NCBI GenBank assembly: GCA_028534125.1
Contig: CM052816.1
Coordinates: 52,702,001 to 52,766,000, forward strand
Direction: 5' to 3'
Length of the DNA stretch: 64,000 nucleotides
Source of the DNA: Lama glama
Taxonomy: Eukaryota
Part shown: one piece after another, positions 1-13,159 of the stretch
Numbering within the stretch: position 1 is the first letter of the stretch
How the letters are laid out: each line of letters begins with the position of its first letter
Position numbers and translations under genes: made by a program
Notes under the pieces: model-generated
What the model saw: the letters and a program-made list of their open reading frames with translations, nothing else
Told to the model about the DNA's origin: nothing
Databases searched by the model: none

Positions 1-70
1 TCCAAATACCATCACATTGAGGGTTAGGTTTCAACATATGAACATCAGAGGAGACACAATTAGCCTAAAA
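1..70 (-). mobile_element. MaLR (MLT1/MST-type) LTR end fragment
   Basis: tccaaataccatcacattgagggttaggtttcaacatatgaa matches the recalled MaLR LTR terminus in reverse orientation. Confidence 0.65.
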
Positions 71-446
71 CACTTCTCTTTATAGAGCTTCTCATAAAAT
101 ATCATGGTGACCTAAGTCTTCAATTTTAACTGAGGTTAATTAGTGTTGAGATAACAATTTTCATTTCATATTCCTAAAATTCTCTTGTATCTATCTTCTT
201 TTTCATCATCCCTACTGTCATAGCCCAAGTTTAGGCTCCATCACAATTTGCCTGGAGAACTCACTGACAGTCTTTTATGTGCGCTCTCTTTCCAGGCTTG
301 ATATCTTCCCAACCATTCCCAAGACTGAATGACGCTTGCAATATGTGCAGATATGTTCTTGTAATTTGTCTGTTTTAAGGTATTTATGGGCTTCCCTTTG
401 CTCATAGATTAAATAGAAACCCTTTAGAGTGGCCTAATAGGCCCTG

Positions 447-1260
447 TGTAGAAAATGAGTAAAGATCTGTGATATTGTGATTTAGAATAAGAAATATATA
501 TTTGGTCTTTGTCCCTGTTTCTGGCATAGAGTTCCTAAAATGTTTGTAATTTCCTAAGTGATAATAGCAATAAAAGTGTCTTGATGTTCATAACAAACTC
601 CTTTCAACCACACCTGAGTTTATGGTCATAACGTGACTTTTGGAAAGCAAGGATAGGGGATGGTTGCCAGGGGAACCAACCCTCTGATTGGAAGGTTGGA
701 ACCTCAGTCCCATTCCCAACCTCTGAAAGGAGGGGAAAGGGGGTGGAGGCTGAATCAATCGCCAGTGGCCAATGATTTGATCCGTCATGCCTAGGTAATG
801 AAAACCCAAAAGGTTGGATTCAGAGAGCTTCTGGATTGGTGAACACTTGGGGGTTTCACATTTGGGGCCTTGGGGAGAGAGGCACGCTCAGAGAGGGCAT
901 GGAAGGAAACTCTGTGCTCCTTCTTACATACTTGCCCTGTGCATCGCTGCCAGCTGGCTATTCCTGAGTCATATTCTCCTACAACAAACTGGTAAACCTA
1001 AGTAAAGTGTTGGGGTTCTGTGAGCTGATCTAGCAAATTAATTGAACCTGAGGCAGGGGTCTTGGGAACCTGTGATCTATAAGAGTCGGTCAGAGGCCCA
1101 GTAACAACCTGAATTTGTGACTGATGTCTGAAGTGTGGGGTAGGGGAGACAGTCTCCTAGGACTGAGCCCTTAAACTGAGATTTGATGCTGTCTTCATGC
1201 AGACAGTATCAGAATTGAATTGAGTTCACTGCTTGGTGGTGTGAAAAAACACACACACAC
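447..1260. mobile_element. MER21-like solo LTR
   Basis: tgtgatattgtg...aaatatatatttggtctttgtccctgtttctggcatagagttcctaaaa, gccaatgatttgatccgtcatgcct and terminal tggtggtgtgaaaaaacacac match recalled MER21 consensus. Confidence 0.75.
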
Positions 1261-1289
1261 AGGACTCCTCCCTGAAATTTTCCTTTCAT

Positions 1290-1800
1290 TCAGTCAGGAT
1301 TCAAAAAGAATCAAAGAAATCACTCTAGATATTTTAAGAAGAGGATTAGTACAGAAACTAGGTGTTTATTAAAGTTTTGGGAGAGCTTGGGATGTAGCTG
1401 GATCTCCAAGAATGCCATCACAACTGGCCTGCCAGGGGAGATGGTACCTTTGCCAAAATTAAGAAGGTAGGGAATTAGGACACACTTCTATGGCTACAAC
1501 TTCGGTGTTAGCAAGCTGCTGCCACCACCATGACACTGACCAACTATGAACCACCAACTAGACACTGGAACACTGCCGCAGGACAGCTCCACAGCTTCAG
1601 CAGAAATCAGCCAAGGCCGTCAGGACTACATAGCCTCTGTCTCAGCTCTGAACCCTCTAAATCTTGAGTCATATATGCAATTGTTGGGACCTGCTTTGCA
1701 TCCAGACCTCTGGTTGCAAGAGAATCTTGGAAAAGTAGTCTCTAGCCATCCAGGAAGACAAATAGAACAGAAGGTAGGAATGGGCACCAAAAGTGCCTAT
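1290..1800 (-). mobile_element. Old ERVL/MaLR-class LTR (subfamily unresolved)
   Basis: cagtcaggattc...aaatcactctagatattttaag and ggttgcaagagaatcttggaaaagtagtc motifs typical of reversed ancient LTRs. Confidence 0.45.
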
Positions 1801-1929
1801 CGGCCATCCCCAACACATTTTTTCTCTTGCCTTCTGTTATGATACATATTCTGGTACCATAACCCTGTGGCACCTCATCTTCTACATGTTTCGTACATAT
1901 TGCTGTTACTCAGGATTCAGATCTATCTT

Positions 1930-2510
1930 TTTCTCACTCTGTAGACTCTTTCTGGGCAATTTTATGTACTCAATACACAAGGATTCCAAAATCATCATCT
2001 CCAGCCAGGTTTCTTTCACACATGGTACCCACATCTCCAGCTGCCTACTGGATCTCTGCCTAGACATGTCATAGGCACCCCAAGCTGAACATATCCAAAA
2101 ATTAAACTGATCATGTCCCCTCCCCTCCGAACTGCTCTCTCTCCTGATGTTCCCATCTCAGTAAATGGTGAGATAAACCATCTCATTTCCCAAACAAGAC
2201 ACCTAGGAGTCATCCTTGACTCCTCCTCTTTACCTTCCATGTCTAATTAATCCCCAAGTGTTAGGGAATTGTACATATTAAACATCTCTCACAGACCCAT
2301 TTCCACTATCATCTCCAGTGTGAACTCCTGCAAGGGCATCTCAGATGGTTTCCTTGTCTCGAGTCCTGCCTTCCTTCAACCTGTCCTCCATATTGTATAC
2401 AGGAAGCTTTGTCAAAATCATACATCTGATCTCCTAAAATCCTTGTAGCTCTCCATACCCTTAGGATGGAGTCCAGAGCCATTCATATGGCTTCCCAGGT
2501 CCCAAGGCTA
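1930..2510 (+). mobile_element. LINE-2 fragment
   Basis: atctccagctgcctactggatctc...atatccaaaattaaactga...cctaggagtcatccttgactcctc is a characteristic L2 segment. Confidence 0.8.
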
Positions 2511-3559
2511 ATATCCAACTTGTGTTCATCTGTAGAGATAGTTATTCTGGCTGTTCAAATATTGAAATTCTCCCATACTTTAGAACTACCAGCTCACTAG
2601 CCATTAACTAGAGAGTTAATGCTGAATCTGTTCTGACTGGTTGATGCTTATGCCAGTCAGTACTCCCAAAGTATAGACTACTGGGGGCTGCCATTGGCTT
2701 CCACCATGAGAAGGTTGACACATTGGTACTCCCCTCCCCTTAACCCCAGGTAGGTGTTGCTTAGAGATCATTCTGGTTTTCTTCAGCACACCAAGCCGAT
2801 ATGCTTCCCAAGCTCCATTCCTTGTCTCAGTGAAGTCCTGTACCCAGAGTGTTCCCAATAACACTCCATGGTTGGGGGGATGATATGGACCCTGGCGGAC
2901 AGGCTGGCACCCCAGGGCCCTCTGAGACTATGATCAACTACCACAGGCCAGTGCTCACTCAGAGTCACCCTCACCCGGTCACGTGCGGGAACTTCAGCTG
3001 CTGTTGGACTTGAGCTTCCAGAGTGTAGGAAGAAAAGATGCGAGAGCAGGTGAGTGGATGGTTTAAGGTCCCTACAGGTTCTAGTTAGTTACCAGCCAGG
3101 GTTTCTCAGGAATGATGGATGCTCCTGAGAAAGATAGGCACCCACAGGGATGGTTTGGAGACTAGTGTGAAATTCAACTCTGTTGAATTCCTCCTTTATT
3201 TATTGGAAGGGCTTGGTTAAAACCCACCCAATAACCTCCTGTCTTGGGCATTTACAATATTAATTTTATTACTAGATGTAAGAACTAATGAGTATAGAGT
3301 GCTGGCTCTGTTCACTCTAAATATACATCAATTCAGTTGAGGACTATGGATGTCACAATGTCCACTTTCTGGATGAGAAAACTTAAGTACAGAGAGGTTA
3401 TCTAAAACCTAAGTGGCTGAGCCAGGATTCTCAACTTGCGGTTCAGTACTTATCTGCCAACTGGAGCCTCTTATCTAGTCTGAAGGATTAGGTTAGACCA
3501 AGGTATGCCACTTCAGTATACACTTTTAATAATTTAGTCAATATAGAAAATATTGAATA

Positions 3560-3740
3560 GATAAAAATCTACGACAGTATTGTATGAGCTCAGAAATTTT
3601 GCTAACCTAATTGCTGTTAGTTCTACAAATGCCGAAAGAAAATTCAGCATCTTGAAAAATACCACCAATATTAAGTGAATTATCTTCTCCCTGAGTCTAC
3701 GCATTACTTAATGTCCTGCAATTTAATGGGAAAATCTTTG
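3560..3740 (+). mobile_element. Degenerate hAT transposase C-terminal (dimerisation domain) remnant
   Basis: 3610-3660 translates IAVSSTNAERKFSILKN, preceded across a frameshift by ILLT; resembles the hAT motif ILLTIPVSSASAERSFSKLK. Confidence 0.45.
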
Positions 3741-3979
3741 GAAAAGTTTTATCCTGACTCAAGGGCATTGTTTATCTAGTGGTAGGTACATCAAACACAG
3801 AAATTACATCTTTGAACAATTTGTACTATTAGTCTAATCTCTTAGTAAGCAAGAAATTGAATAATATCTATAATTTATTCTATTTAGAGGATAAAGTGGG
3901 ATACATTTTAAAAACTGGAGTTTATGTAATTAGTAATTTATATTCATGTCTCAGTTGTTAAACTCTTTTATTTCACTCT

Positions 3980-4395
3980 TGCAAGGCCTGCACAGTCTAG
4001 CCCCTGCCTGTCTCCCAAGCCTTCTTTCACAACTAACTCTTCCTCTCACTCTGTGTTCCAGCAGTTCTGGAAGTTTCAGCTCCTGGGAGTCCTCTCTTCT
4101 TCCTGGAACATTCTCCCTATGACCTCAACTCGGAGCAACAGCTTAAGAATCACTTCCTTTGGGAGCTCTTCCCTGCTCTCTGGAGTACCCTGACTATACA
4201 TTAGCAGAATCTTCTAGAATTCCCTCAGTGAAACCTCATCAGCCGTTACTGTGACCCCTTATCCTGGCCCATCCTTCTTGCCAGACTATCAGCCCAGTGT
4301 GGGCAGGGCAGCCTCAGTCCTGCTGCATTCCAGGGTCTAGCAGATAGCCTAAATAGAATAGCTGCTTGGCAGCCATTTGCTGAATGAATGAACAT
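3980..4395 (+). mobile_element. LINE-2 3' end
   Basis: L2-like 3' sequence ending atttgctgaatgaatgaa. Confidence 0.7.
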
Positions 4396-5292
4396 CTGTC
4401 TGTGGTCCCTCAAAGCACTTTGCACTTACCTTTAAGTTAATAGATCATAGGGATATTTGTTTTTAAATTGACCACTGAAATTTTGCAGGAAGTTAAATTC
4501 ATATTATTTTCTAAGGTGGTTAAAATTGGGTGGAACCCAAGGTTTCTGACTGCCAGGAGTCTTTCTCTAGTGCTGGCTGTTTAATTGACTGAGCAAGACC
4601 ACTTGTTATTTTTAGACTTTCCTTTGTAGTCCAGGGTACCTGCTCTCCTTCCTCTACCCACAACTCACCACCCTGATGACCTCTGTATTTGAGCTTGGCC
4701 AGGCCCCTCGTGTTGTTTGACTTGGACAGCATTTTGACCACTAGACATTTGCTTGCTGGATTTTGTTTTGGTTTGGGGTTTTTTTTTGACATGCAAATGT
4801 TACATTTGGTTGATTTGTGGTTAAACCCTTCTTGAAAGTTTCAGACCTCAGCTTCTTGGTGATCTCATAAAGTTTCCAGAGACTGTGTGTCATTCATAAG
4901 CTAAGTATCTGGAAGGAAACCCAACTTTAAAATGCAGTTCCCAGTGATTTCAGCCTGAAAGGTGATATGTCTGTTTTTCTAACATCTCCAAGTCACTGGA
5001 ATGTGCATTGGCAATACTTCTAGACCAGATTTCTGGGGAACTGGCTCATTTGTCTAAGAGACACAGTTAAGTTAAAGACACTGAAATCTCAACAAGCCTC
5101 TTGGCGACTCCACTGCAACTACACAGATGGCTGATTTGGAGACCAGCATATATATTAGCTGAGACAAACAGCCACATGTCCTGAAAGAAGAGTAGTACTG
5201 TCCAACTGATATCAGAACAAAGCTTCTGAGAATGCCCATTAAGAACATCATAAATGCTGTACATGGTCAGACTACTGGTTGACATAGCTCAA

Positions 5293-5620
5293 CATTCATC
5301 ATTCATTCATCCATTCATTCGACATGCACTTCCTGCACAGGTGCAATGGGCCAGGCTCTGTGCTAAGCCCACATGAATCAGAAACAATCTCTGTCCAGTT
5401 GGGCAAACAATTACAGTGCCCTGTGGAGGTGTCCCACTGGTGGAAGAGTGACCACCCTTGCCTTGGAGGAACTGGGGGGACTTCCTAGAAGAGGCTCCAT
5501 TTGAATTGAGTCTGGAAGATAAGTGGTAGTAACTGGTCTTAGAAGAAAGTGGCAAGGGAACCTCAAGGACATAAGTGTGGCAAAGGTACAGCGCTGGGAA
5601 GGAGCCTTCTGTGTTCTCAA
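5293..5620 (-). mobile_element. LINE-2 3' end (reverse)
   Basis: cattcatcattcattcatccattcattc tail followed by ccaggctctgtgctaag and cttcctagaagaggctccatttgaattgagtc. Confidence 0.65.
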
Positions 5621-6869
5621 GACATTAGGAATTTGGTGTGCCTAGAGCACAGGTCCTTCTAGAGAGGCACCGGGGACATTGCTGTGGGAACATGGTGACT
5701 TGGTCTTCATAGCTTGATTTTCACAACTATTGTATCTAATATCCATGAACTTATGTGGCCTCTTCTTGGACCTATGTTTAATTTTCATCTTGAACACGTT
5801 TGAGGGTAATAAGTTCCATTCATGGGCCACAGGCTGTAGAAAGATGTACTTCCTTTTATTTGCCCTAACATACTTCCCTAAATGATCACCAGCAGGGTCA
5901 TTTTTTCCCCCTCTTTTTATAATTACAGTGTTTTGGTACTCCTACGTAATCCCCAGGAGTCACATAGATAAAGAATGAATTTGAAAGGCACCGTTGAAAT
6001 CCTGACCAGGGTAACAATGCCCGCCTAAGAGCCAAAATCCACGTCCCTCCCCTTCCGTCTCACACCTACAGGCTGCATGTGGCTTTTTTGTAACTCTTTC
6101 CCTCTTTGATGACCTCCCTTGATGTTAATGTTCTTCTTTTATTTGTTTTTAGAATAAAAGCAGAAAACCAATTTATTAATGGCAATGAGAACTAGATCTG
6201 CTCAGTGAGTCATGGTAGCCAGAGCCAGGTGTCCTTCTTGTGCAGCTGGAAGGAACCTGAACCTGGGCTGCTGGTTAAAAGGATCCAGGTGTTGAATGGC
6301 ACCGGGTGCTGAGAGCTGGTGGTGTCCATCTCCACAAGAAGGACTCATCTGGCATCTGGACTGGAGTGGCCAAGCCTAAGAGGGATGGGCCTTCGCAAGG
6401 TGAGACTCCAGAGAGTCACCTGCTTCTGATACCATAAGAATAAAAATGTTCCCGAAAAGGAAAAGTCCCTGTAAGTAGAGTAAGAGCTGGCTTTGTGAAC
6501 AATGTCCCTCATACCCCAGCACCCTTTGGGATGCTGTTCTGAAACAGGAAGCAAGAGTCATTCTGGAATTTTTAAAGGAAGGGACAGATTTCTAGTCTGG
6601 AAACATCCCTGGAGTAAACTGTTCCCTCGTCATGCGTGACTTTTCCTCCTCCCCTTTCCTGAGAGCACTGAACTTGTATGGCTCTGCCCTGGGCTCTTTC
6701 CCTGCAGCTTCTTGCTTCTTGGTTCACCTCACCTCAGCCTTTATTCTCCCTGTGCAAGGCCACTCACTCACAGAGGCAGGCAGTAGGAAGGAGCAACTGA
6801 ACTTGGAGGTCCGTGGCGTCCCATGCCCGTGGCTGCCATACCTGGCATCCTCCCCCATCATCCCCATCC

Positions 6870-7135
6870 AGCCAGCTTCTATCGTTCAGGTCTTAGTGTG
6901 AACACTGCTTCCTCAGGGAAGCCATCGCAAACCTTAGGACTGACCAGACTTCCCTGCTCTCTGCTCCCACAACATGTCGCTTTCAGTTCCCACTCAATTA
7001 TCTGACTCTCCCGATGTGCTCTGAACTCAGGAGGGCTAGAACTGTCTCTATGCTGTTCCTCACTGAACCAACCCTAGCTGGTAGCACCTGGCCTCCGGAA
7101 GGCAGCAGGTATTTGTTGAATGAATGGATGACTGA
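6870..7135 (+). mobile_element. LINE-2 3' end
   Basis: Ends gtatttgttgaatgaatggatga. Confidence 0.55.
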
Positions 7136-8209
7136 TGAAGGAGTGATCGCTCAAACTGTGTGACAATCTTGGTTTCAGGAAACAGGCTTCTTCTGAAATG
7201 GATCGTTCTAGACGGAAGCTTCACCTTTATGGGATATTTTCAACTTTCAAGCTGAGCTTTCAGAACAATTTAAGAAACCCCTTGAGGGACACATTTCGAG
7301 TTAGAGCAAGGCTCCTGAGTCACGGTGGCTATTTCCCAATTCCACCTTGGAGCAGAGTCTGGAGCAAAGGAGAGGGAGATAACAGGATGCAGCAGAAGCC
7401 TAGTTCCTAGTCCAGCTTTGGTCACTAACAGGATCTTAAATTTCTCCTCCAAAAACCTGTGTTCATATGTCTTTCCCTCCTTGGGTTACTAAGAACCCTA
7501 AAAGATGTAACAGATATGAGAATGTGTTGACTAATGCTGGTGCTGGCCTGAACCTGACTGTGTTACCACTGCCATTGTTGATGGATGACAGGTCAGGGTG
7601 AGGGGATGCAGGGCACGTGAATGAAGGGAAGAGAAGCTGTCGGCTGGGATAGCAAGACTCCCCAAGATGTTCTGGGAGAAAGTTGTGCCTTGGAGAACAG
7701 CATAGGGGTTCAGAGAAGATGGGGTTGCCTAGAAGGACATCAGACCTGTTTGAAAAGTAAGGAGGGACAGATAAGCCATGGAGACCCACTCATTCGCTGA
7801 TTTGTATTGGGTGTAAAAATGGACCTTGGGGTTGCCAGAGTCTGAAACGATCCCTTAGTTCCAACTAATACTCTTCACCGGGAAAAACGTGGGCAGGTCT
7901 GTGGTATGAAGCAGCACTTCCTGACAAAGAAGTCTGTCAATCTGTTTAAGATGTTCAGAACAGTGTCCCTCAAGATGTCTGAAATGCCTCAGCCAAGTTG
8001 GCCAAGGCCCTAGGAAACATTACGTGCTACTGAGAACCATGCGGCTTGGCGGAGGCTGCTCTTCTGCTCTGTGCACAGACCAGTTCAACCTCAGCCCACT
8101 GGGAACGACCTGCTAGGGCCCCTCTCTGCTCCCTGAGCTCCCACAGGGAGCACCCATGGATGAAAGCCCCCTCCCAGTTTCTGAAGGTTCATGGTGTGCT
8201 TGGAATCAA

Positions 8210-8670
8210 TCCTGGCATCAGAGAACCCGGAGAGAGCTGGGTTCAAGCCTTGGTTTCACCAAGTCAGCTCTGTGACCTTGGGCTATTTCCTTAACTAGGA
8301 CTTTTCCATCTATAAAATGGAGCAAAAGCAGCAGCCTTTCTCATAGATTTGGTGTAAGAATTTCAGATAATGCATGTCAGGTATCTGGCACACAGTAAAT
8401 GTTCAATGAATGAGAATTATTATTGTTTAACTTAGTTGAGAGTGGAAAACAGACCTCGATTTGGACCCTGGTTTTGCCACTAATTAGCTGTGTGATCTTG
8501 GGCAGGTTACTTAGCCTCTCTGAACCTCATTATTTTCCTTATTTGTAAACTGAGGAAATACTATGTAACCTTCAGTGGTATTATAAGAACTAGAGTTTAT
8601 TTAGGAAAGGTGCCTAGTTAAAGGCCTGGCATGTAGTGGTACTCAGTGGAAGTTATCTGCTAAGATTATT
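8210..8670 (+). mobile_element. Two tandem MIR SINEs
   Basis: MIR cores ctgtgaccttgggc...ctataaaatgg and gctgtgtgatcttgggcaggttacttagcctctctgaacctc. Confidence 0.75.
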
Positions 8671-9899
8671 TGTAGATCAAAGAAGGAATGAAAATTCTTA
8701 ATTTGGTTTGTACCGAGCAAGTATATGTAAGGATAACAAGCCACTTTGAATTGGTCTGCGGGAAACAAATTGTCTTCTACAACAGGCTGCTTTATTTCCC
8801 CAGGTTAGACCAGTTCTGAACCTGGGGGAGCCGAGGCAGAGGCTGGGGAATGGCCCAGGGCCTGGAAGGGTCAGACTCCGCCCCCCCGCCCCCTCCTAAG
8901 GGGGCCTCCTTCAGCTGTCCATTTTCCAGGAGACATTTTCGCCTCCAGGCTCAGGTCCCCTGAGGAGAGTTGGAGCAATAGGTCACCATTATTTATACCG
9001 CCACAGAATTTTCAGACCATGAGACTCCCGTCTCTCCCCAAGCTAGGCTGGCCCATCCCCAAGAAGGAAGGAAGCCAGGAGGTGGAGGACATTACAAAAC
9101 CATTTTCTATCTGTCCTGTTTTTAATTGATTTCCCAGTAGGGGAAGAAAAATCCAAATCATTCCTACCTAACCTTTCAACGCGGGAGGGAGTCCGCCTCT
9201 GGTCAGGAAGCCCACCTGGGAGGAGCTGGAGTTGCTCTGGGTGATCTCAGCTTTCCTCCCTGCAGCCTGCAAGCCCTGGCAGCAACCACCCGAGGGCCGC
9301 TTCTCTAGGGCCTCTGCGTGCCACCCCCTTTACACACTGGCTTGGGAAGAGGGGAGTCCTGCCTCTGCCCTGGGCTCCAAAAGGGCCAACTCTTTTCCAC
9401 TCAGTGTAGCCCTCCTGTTAGCTGGGCTCCCTAGTCCCTTAGATCAGGCACCCCAGGCCTCATGGGAGCTCAGAGTCCTCCCGGGATTTGTGTGGATTCC
9501 CAGGTGGGGGAAGTAGGGGTGGCTAACTTTGTACAGTTATCTGTGGCCTCGCAAATTCTCTGCACCTTGTGGCAGGATTGTGGCTGCCCAGATGGTGTGT
9601 GAAGTAGTCTTTGTCACATCTGGTGTTTGTAGAGTGGTCATGGAATGGGCTACAGAGAAAACAATAAAGATGTGCACATTTGAGACCTGTTCTCAGAAGG
9701 CGGTTCAGCCATCCAGCCACGGATGTTGGGTGAGGGGGTGGGTAAGGGGGCGTATCTGCTTTTACTAAGTATTTTTTATATAAACTGTGCCTCCCAGGAG
9801 GGAAATTTGACTGAGGAACAAGGAGGCAGGAGACTCTGCACATCTTTTTAACTTTCTGAATTTTGCACCATTTATATGTATAACTATTATGTGCCTATA

Positions 9900-9936
9900 T
9901 GTGCACACACATACACACCATACCATGTATATATAT

Positions 9937-9971
<35 letters not shown>
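9900..9971. repeat. (CA)n/(TA)n microsatellite
   Basis: Directly visible dinucleotide runs. Confidence 0.95.
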
Positions 9972-9972
<1 letters not shown>

Positions 9973-10559
9973 CCCTCGTGCTCTCTCCCCTCACCATCTA
10001 AAATGCCCCAGCCCCTTCTCTCTGCAGAGCCAATCCTTCAAGAGCTGATTTCAAAAAGGCTTCTTTTTCCCAACTACTCAAGTCCTCAGCAGTCCCTTTT
10101 ACCCTCTCTGAACGCTGACAGGATTTCCAATCAGTCTTGCTAAGGTTTGTGGGACCTACCCACAAACCATCTCACAGTGTACCAGTGTAACACTGTGTTT
10201 CCCGAGAGCTGCCCTTATCCCTACTTAGGTCCTTGAGCACAGAGACTGACCATAGCTCCGTTTCTCTGGATTTCTGACAGCACAAAGCTGAATGAATAAA
10301 TGAGAGACAAAGGCCAAACTAGACAATTCTGAAGGAAAAGGGCATGGCTAAAACAAAATGCCCTTTAGAACCTCTATCAAGTACCTGGTAGGAGCTCTTG
10401 CTGCTCCCAGAACCAGCTGGAATGATGGAAGAGACAAGTTGCTCTCATTGGACCTATTACCTCTCTTCTGTTGCAATGAGAATAGCTGGGTCTTCTCCAG
10501 GGGATGTGTTTTACACGAATATCCTGATGTAGGAACATATATCCTCATGCAACATATAC

Positions 10560-12729
10560 TTCAGCAAATTGTAATCTCTTTGCTGGTGGAGGGTCTTGCC
10601 TTTATGTTGACGGCTGCTAACTGATCGGGGGGTGGTTGCTGAAGTCTGGGGCGGATGTGGCAATTTCTTAAAATAAGGCAACAAGAAAGTTTGCTGTGCT
10701 GATTGACTCCTTTCTTCCAAGAATGATTTCTCTGTAGAACACACTGCTGTTTGACAGCATTTTACCCAGAGTTGAACTTCTTTCAAAATGGAGTCTGTCC
10801 TCTCAAACCCTGCCACAGCTTTACCGACAAAGTTTATGTAATACTCTAAATCCTTTGTTGTCATTTCAATAACTTTCACCAGGAGTAGATTCCATCTCAA
10901 GAAACCACTTTTTTTGCTCATCCATAGAAAGCAACTCCTGGCCTGCTCAATTTTTATCATGAGATTTCAGTCATTCAGTCACATCTTCAGGCTCCATTTC
11001 TAATTCTAGTTCTCTTGCTATTTCCAACACATCTGCAGTGACTTCCTCCACTGAAGACTAGAGCCCCTCAAAGTCATCCATGAGGGTTGGAATCAACTTC
11101 TTCAAAACCCTTGTCAATGTTGATATTTTGACATCTACCCATGAATCATGAATATTCTTAATGGCATCTAGAATGGTGAGTCCTTTCCAGAAAGTCTTCA
11201 ATTGACTTTTCCCAGATCCATCAGAAGAATCACTATCCATGGCAGTTTTAGCTTTACAAAATGTATTTCTTAAATAATAAGACTTGAAAGTCAAGACGAC
11301 TCCTTGATCACTGGGCTGCAGAATGGATGCTGTGTTAAAAGGCATGAAAACAACATGAATCTCATTGCACATCTCCACCAGAGCTCTTAGGTGACCAGGT
11401 GCCTTCTCAGTGATCAGTGCTATTTTGAATGGAATCTTTTTTTCTGAACAATAGGTCTCAACAGCAGGCTTAAAATAGTCAGTAAACCATGTTGTCAACA
11501 GATGTGCTGTCATCCAGGCCTTGTTGTTCCATTTTTAGAGTATGGGCAGTATAGGCAGAGTAGATTTAGCCTAATTCTTGAGGGGCTTAGGATTTTCAGA
11601 ATGGCAAATGAGCACTGGCTTCAACTTCAGGTCACCAGCTAGCTACAGTAGCCCCTAACAAGAGAGTGAGCCCATCCTTTGAAGTTTTGAAGCCAGGCAT
11701 TGACTTCTCCTCCTAAGCTGTGAAAGTCCTAGATGGCATCTACTTCCAATAAAAGGTTGTTTCTTCTACACTGGAAATCTGCTGAGCAGTGTAGCCCCTT
11801 CATAGTGATCTCGGCTGGGTCTCCCGCACAAGCTGCTGCGCTGCTGCCTCAGCACTTGCTGCTTCCCTTTGCACTTCGATGTTACGGAGACGGCTTCTTT
11901 CCTTCAACCTCATGAACCAACCTCTGCCAGCTTCAGATTTTTCTTCTGCAGCTTCTTCACCTCTCTCGTCTTCACCACTCTCCATCTTCAAAGAACTGAA
12001 GAGTTAGGGCTTTGCTCTGGATCAGGCTTTGGCTTTGGGGACTGTTGTGGCTGCTTTGATCTTTAATCCAAACCACTAAAACTTTTCCACAACAGCAAGA
12101 AGTCTATTTCGCTTTCTTATCTTTCATATGTTTCCTGGAGTGGCACACTTCATTTCCTTCAAGAGCTTTTCCTTTGCATTCATAGCATGGCTACCTGTTT
12201 GGTGCAGGAAGCCTAGATTTCAGCCCATCTCAGCTTTTGACATGCTTTTCTCACCAAGCTTAATTATTCCTAGCTTTTGATTTAAAATGAGAGATGTGAG
12301 GCTCTTCCTTTCACTTGAACACCTAGAGGCTGCTACAGGGTTATTAATTGGCCTAATTTCAATACTGTTTTGTCTTGGGGAAGAGGGATGCCTGAGGAGA
12401 GGGACAGAGATGGGGGAAGAGCTGATCTGTGGAGCAGTCAGAACACACACATTTATTGATTAAGTTTGCTATCTTATCTGGGTGGAGTTTGTGGTACTCC
12501 AAAACCATTTACAATAACATCAAAGATCACAGATCATCATAACAAATTATAAAAGTTTGAAATATTGTGAGAATTATCAAAAATGTGACGCAGAGACACA
12601 GAGTGAGCAAAATACTGTTGGAAAAATGGTGCTGATATACTTGACACAGTGTTACCACAAACATTCAATTTGTAAAACAACATAGTATCTGTGAAGAACC
12701 ATAAGTGTCATAAAATGAGGTATGCCTAC
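10560..12729 (-). mobile_element. Tigger1 DNA transposon with decayed transposase, one end missing
   Basis: Minus-strand ORFs 11058-11513 (FTDYFKPAVETYCSEKKIPFK...ILQPSDQGVVLTFKSYYLRNTF), 11800-11991 ([28 protein letters not shown]), 12220-12450 and 10511-10960 are Tigger1 (pogo/CENP-B-like) transposase pieces; TIR-like aatgaggtatgccta near 12715-12729. Confidence 0.93.
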
Positions 12730-13156
12730 ATATATTATGTTTTTACTATTTTTATGTACACACCTATGGTAAAGTTTAATTTAGAAATTAGGCACAGGAA
12801 GAGAATTTCTGAATTGTCAGCATCACTCCTCTTGTCCTTAGAGGTCACTGGTAAGTAAACTAAGGGTGACTTGAACATGAGCACTGTGATACCGTGACAG
12901 TGGCTCTCGTAACCCAGGTGGGCTGCTAAGTGACTAACGGGCTAGATACCCTGACAAAGGGATGATTCCCTTCCCGGGCTGGGTGGGGTGGGTTGGCGCA
13001 AAATTTCATTCTCAATTTCAAAATTTTCCATTTCAAATCATTCCTCAGAATGGCCCACAATTGAAAACTTATGGATTATTTCTGCAATTTTCCATTTAAT
13101 ATTTTTGGACCAGTTGACCGTGAGTAGCTGAAATCTTGAATCGGGGGGCTACCGTA
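12730..13156 (+). mobile_element. MER44 (Tigger7-derived) element lacking its left end
   Basis: aaagtttaatttagaaattaggcacag ... ttccatttaatatttttggaccagttgaccgtgagtagctgaaa ... ggggggctaccgta; homologous to the copy at 58300-58722. Confidence 0.8.
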
Positions 13157-13159
13157 CTC

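Noticed and set aside
9520..9800. Possible plus-strand terminal exon (AATAAA ~9664) or TATA box (~9778)
   Set aside because: Weak acceptor, no homology, and such motifs are common by chance.
10511..12450. Possible domesticated TIGD/CENPB-like gene
   Set aside because: The transposase is split across frames by stops and frameshifts; a dead Tigger1 copy.
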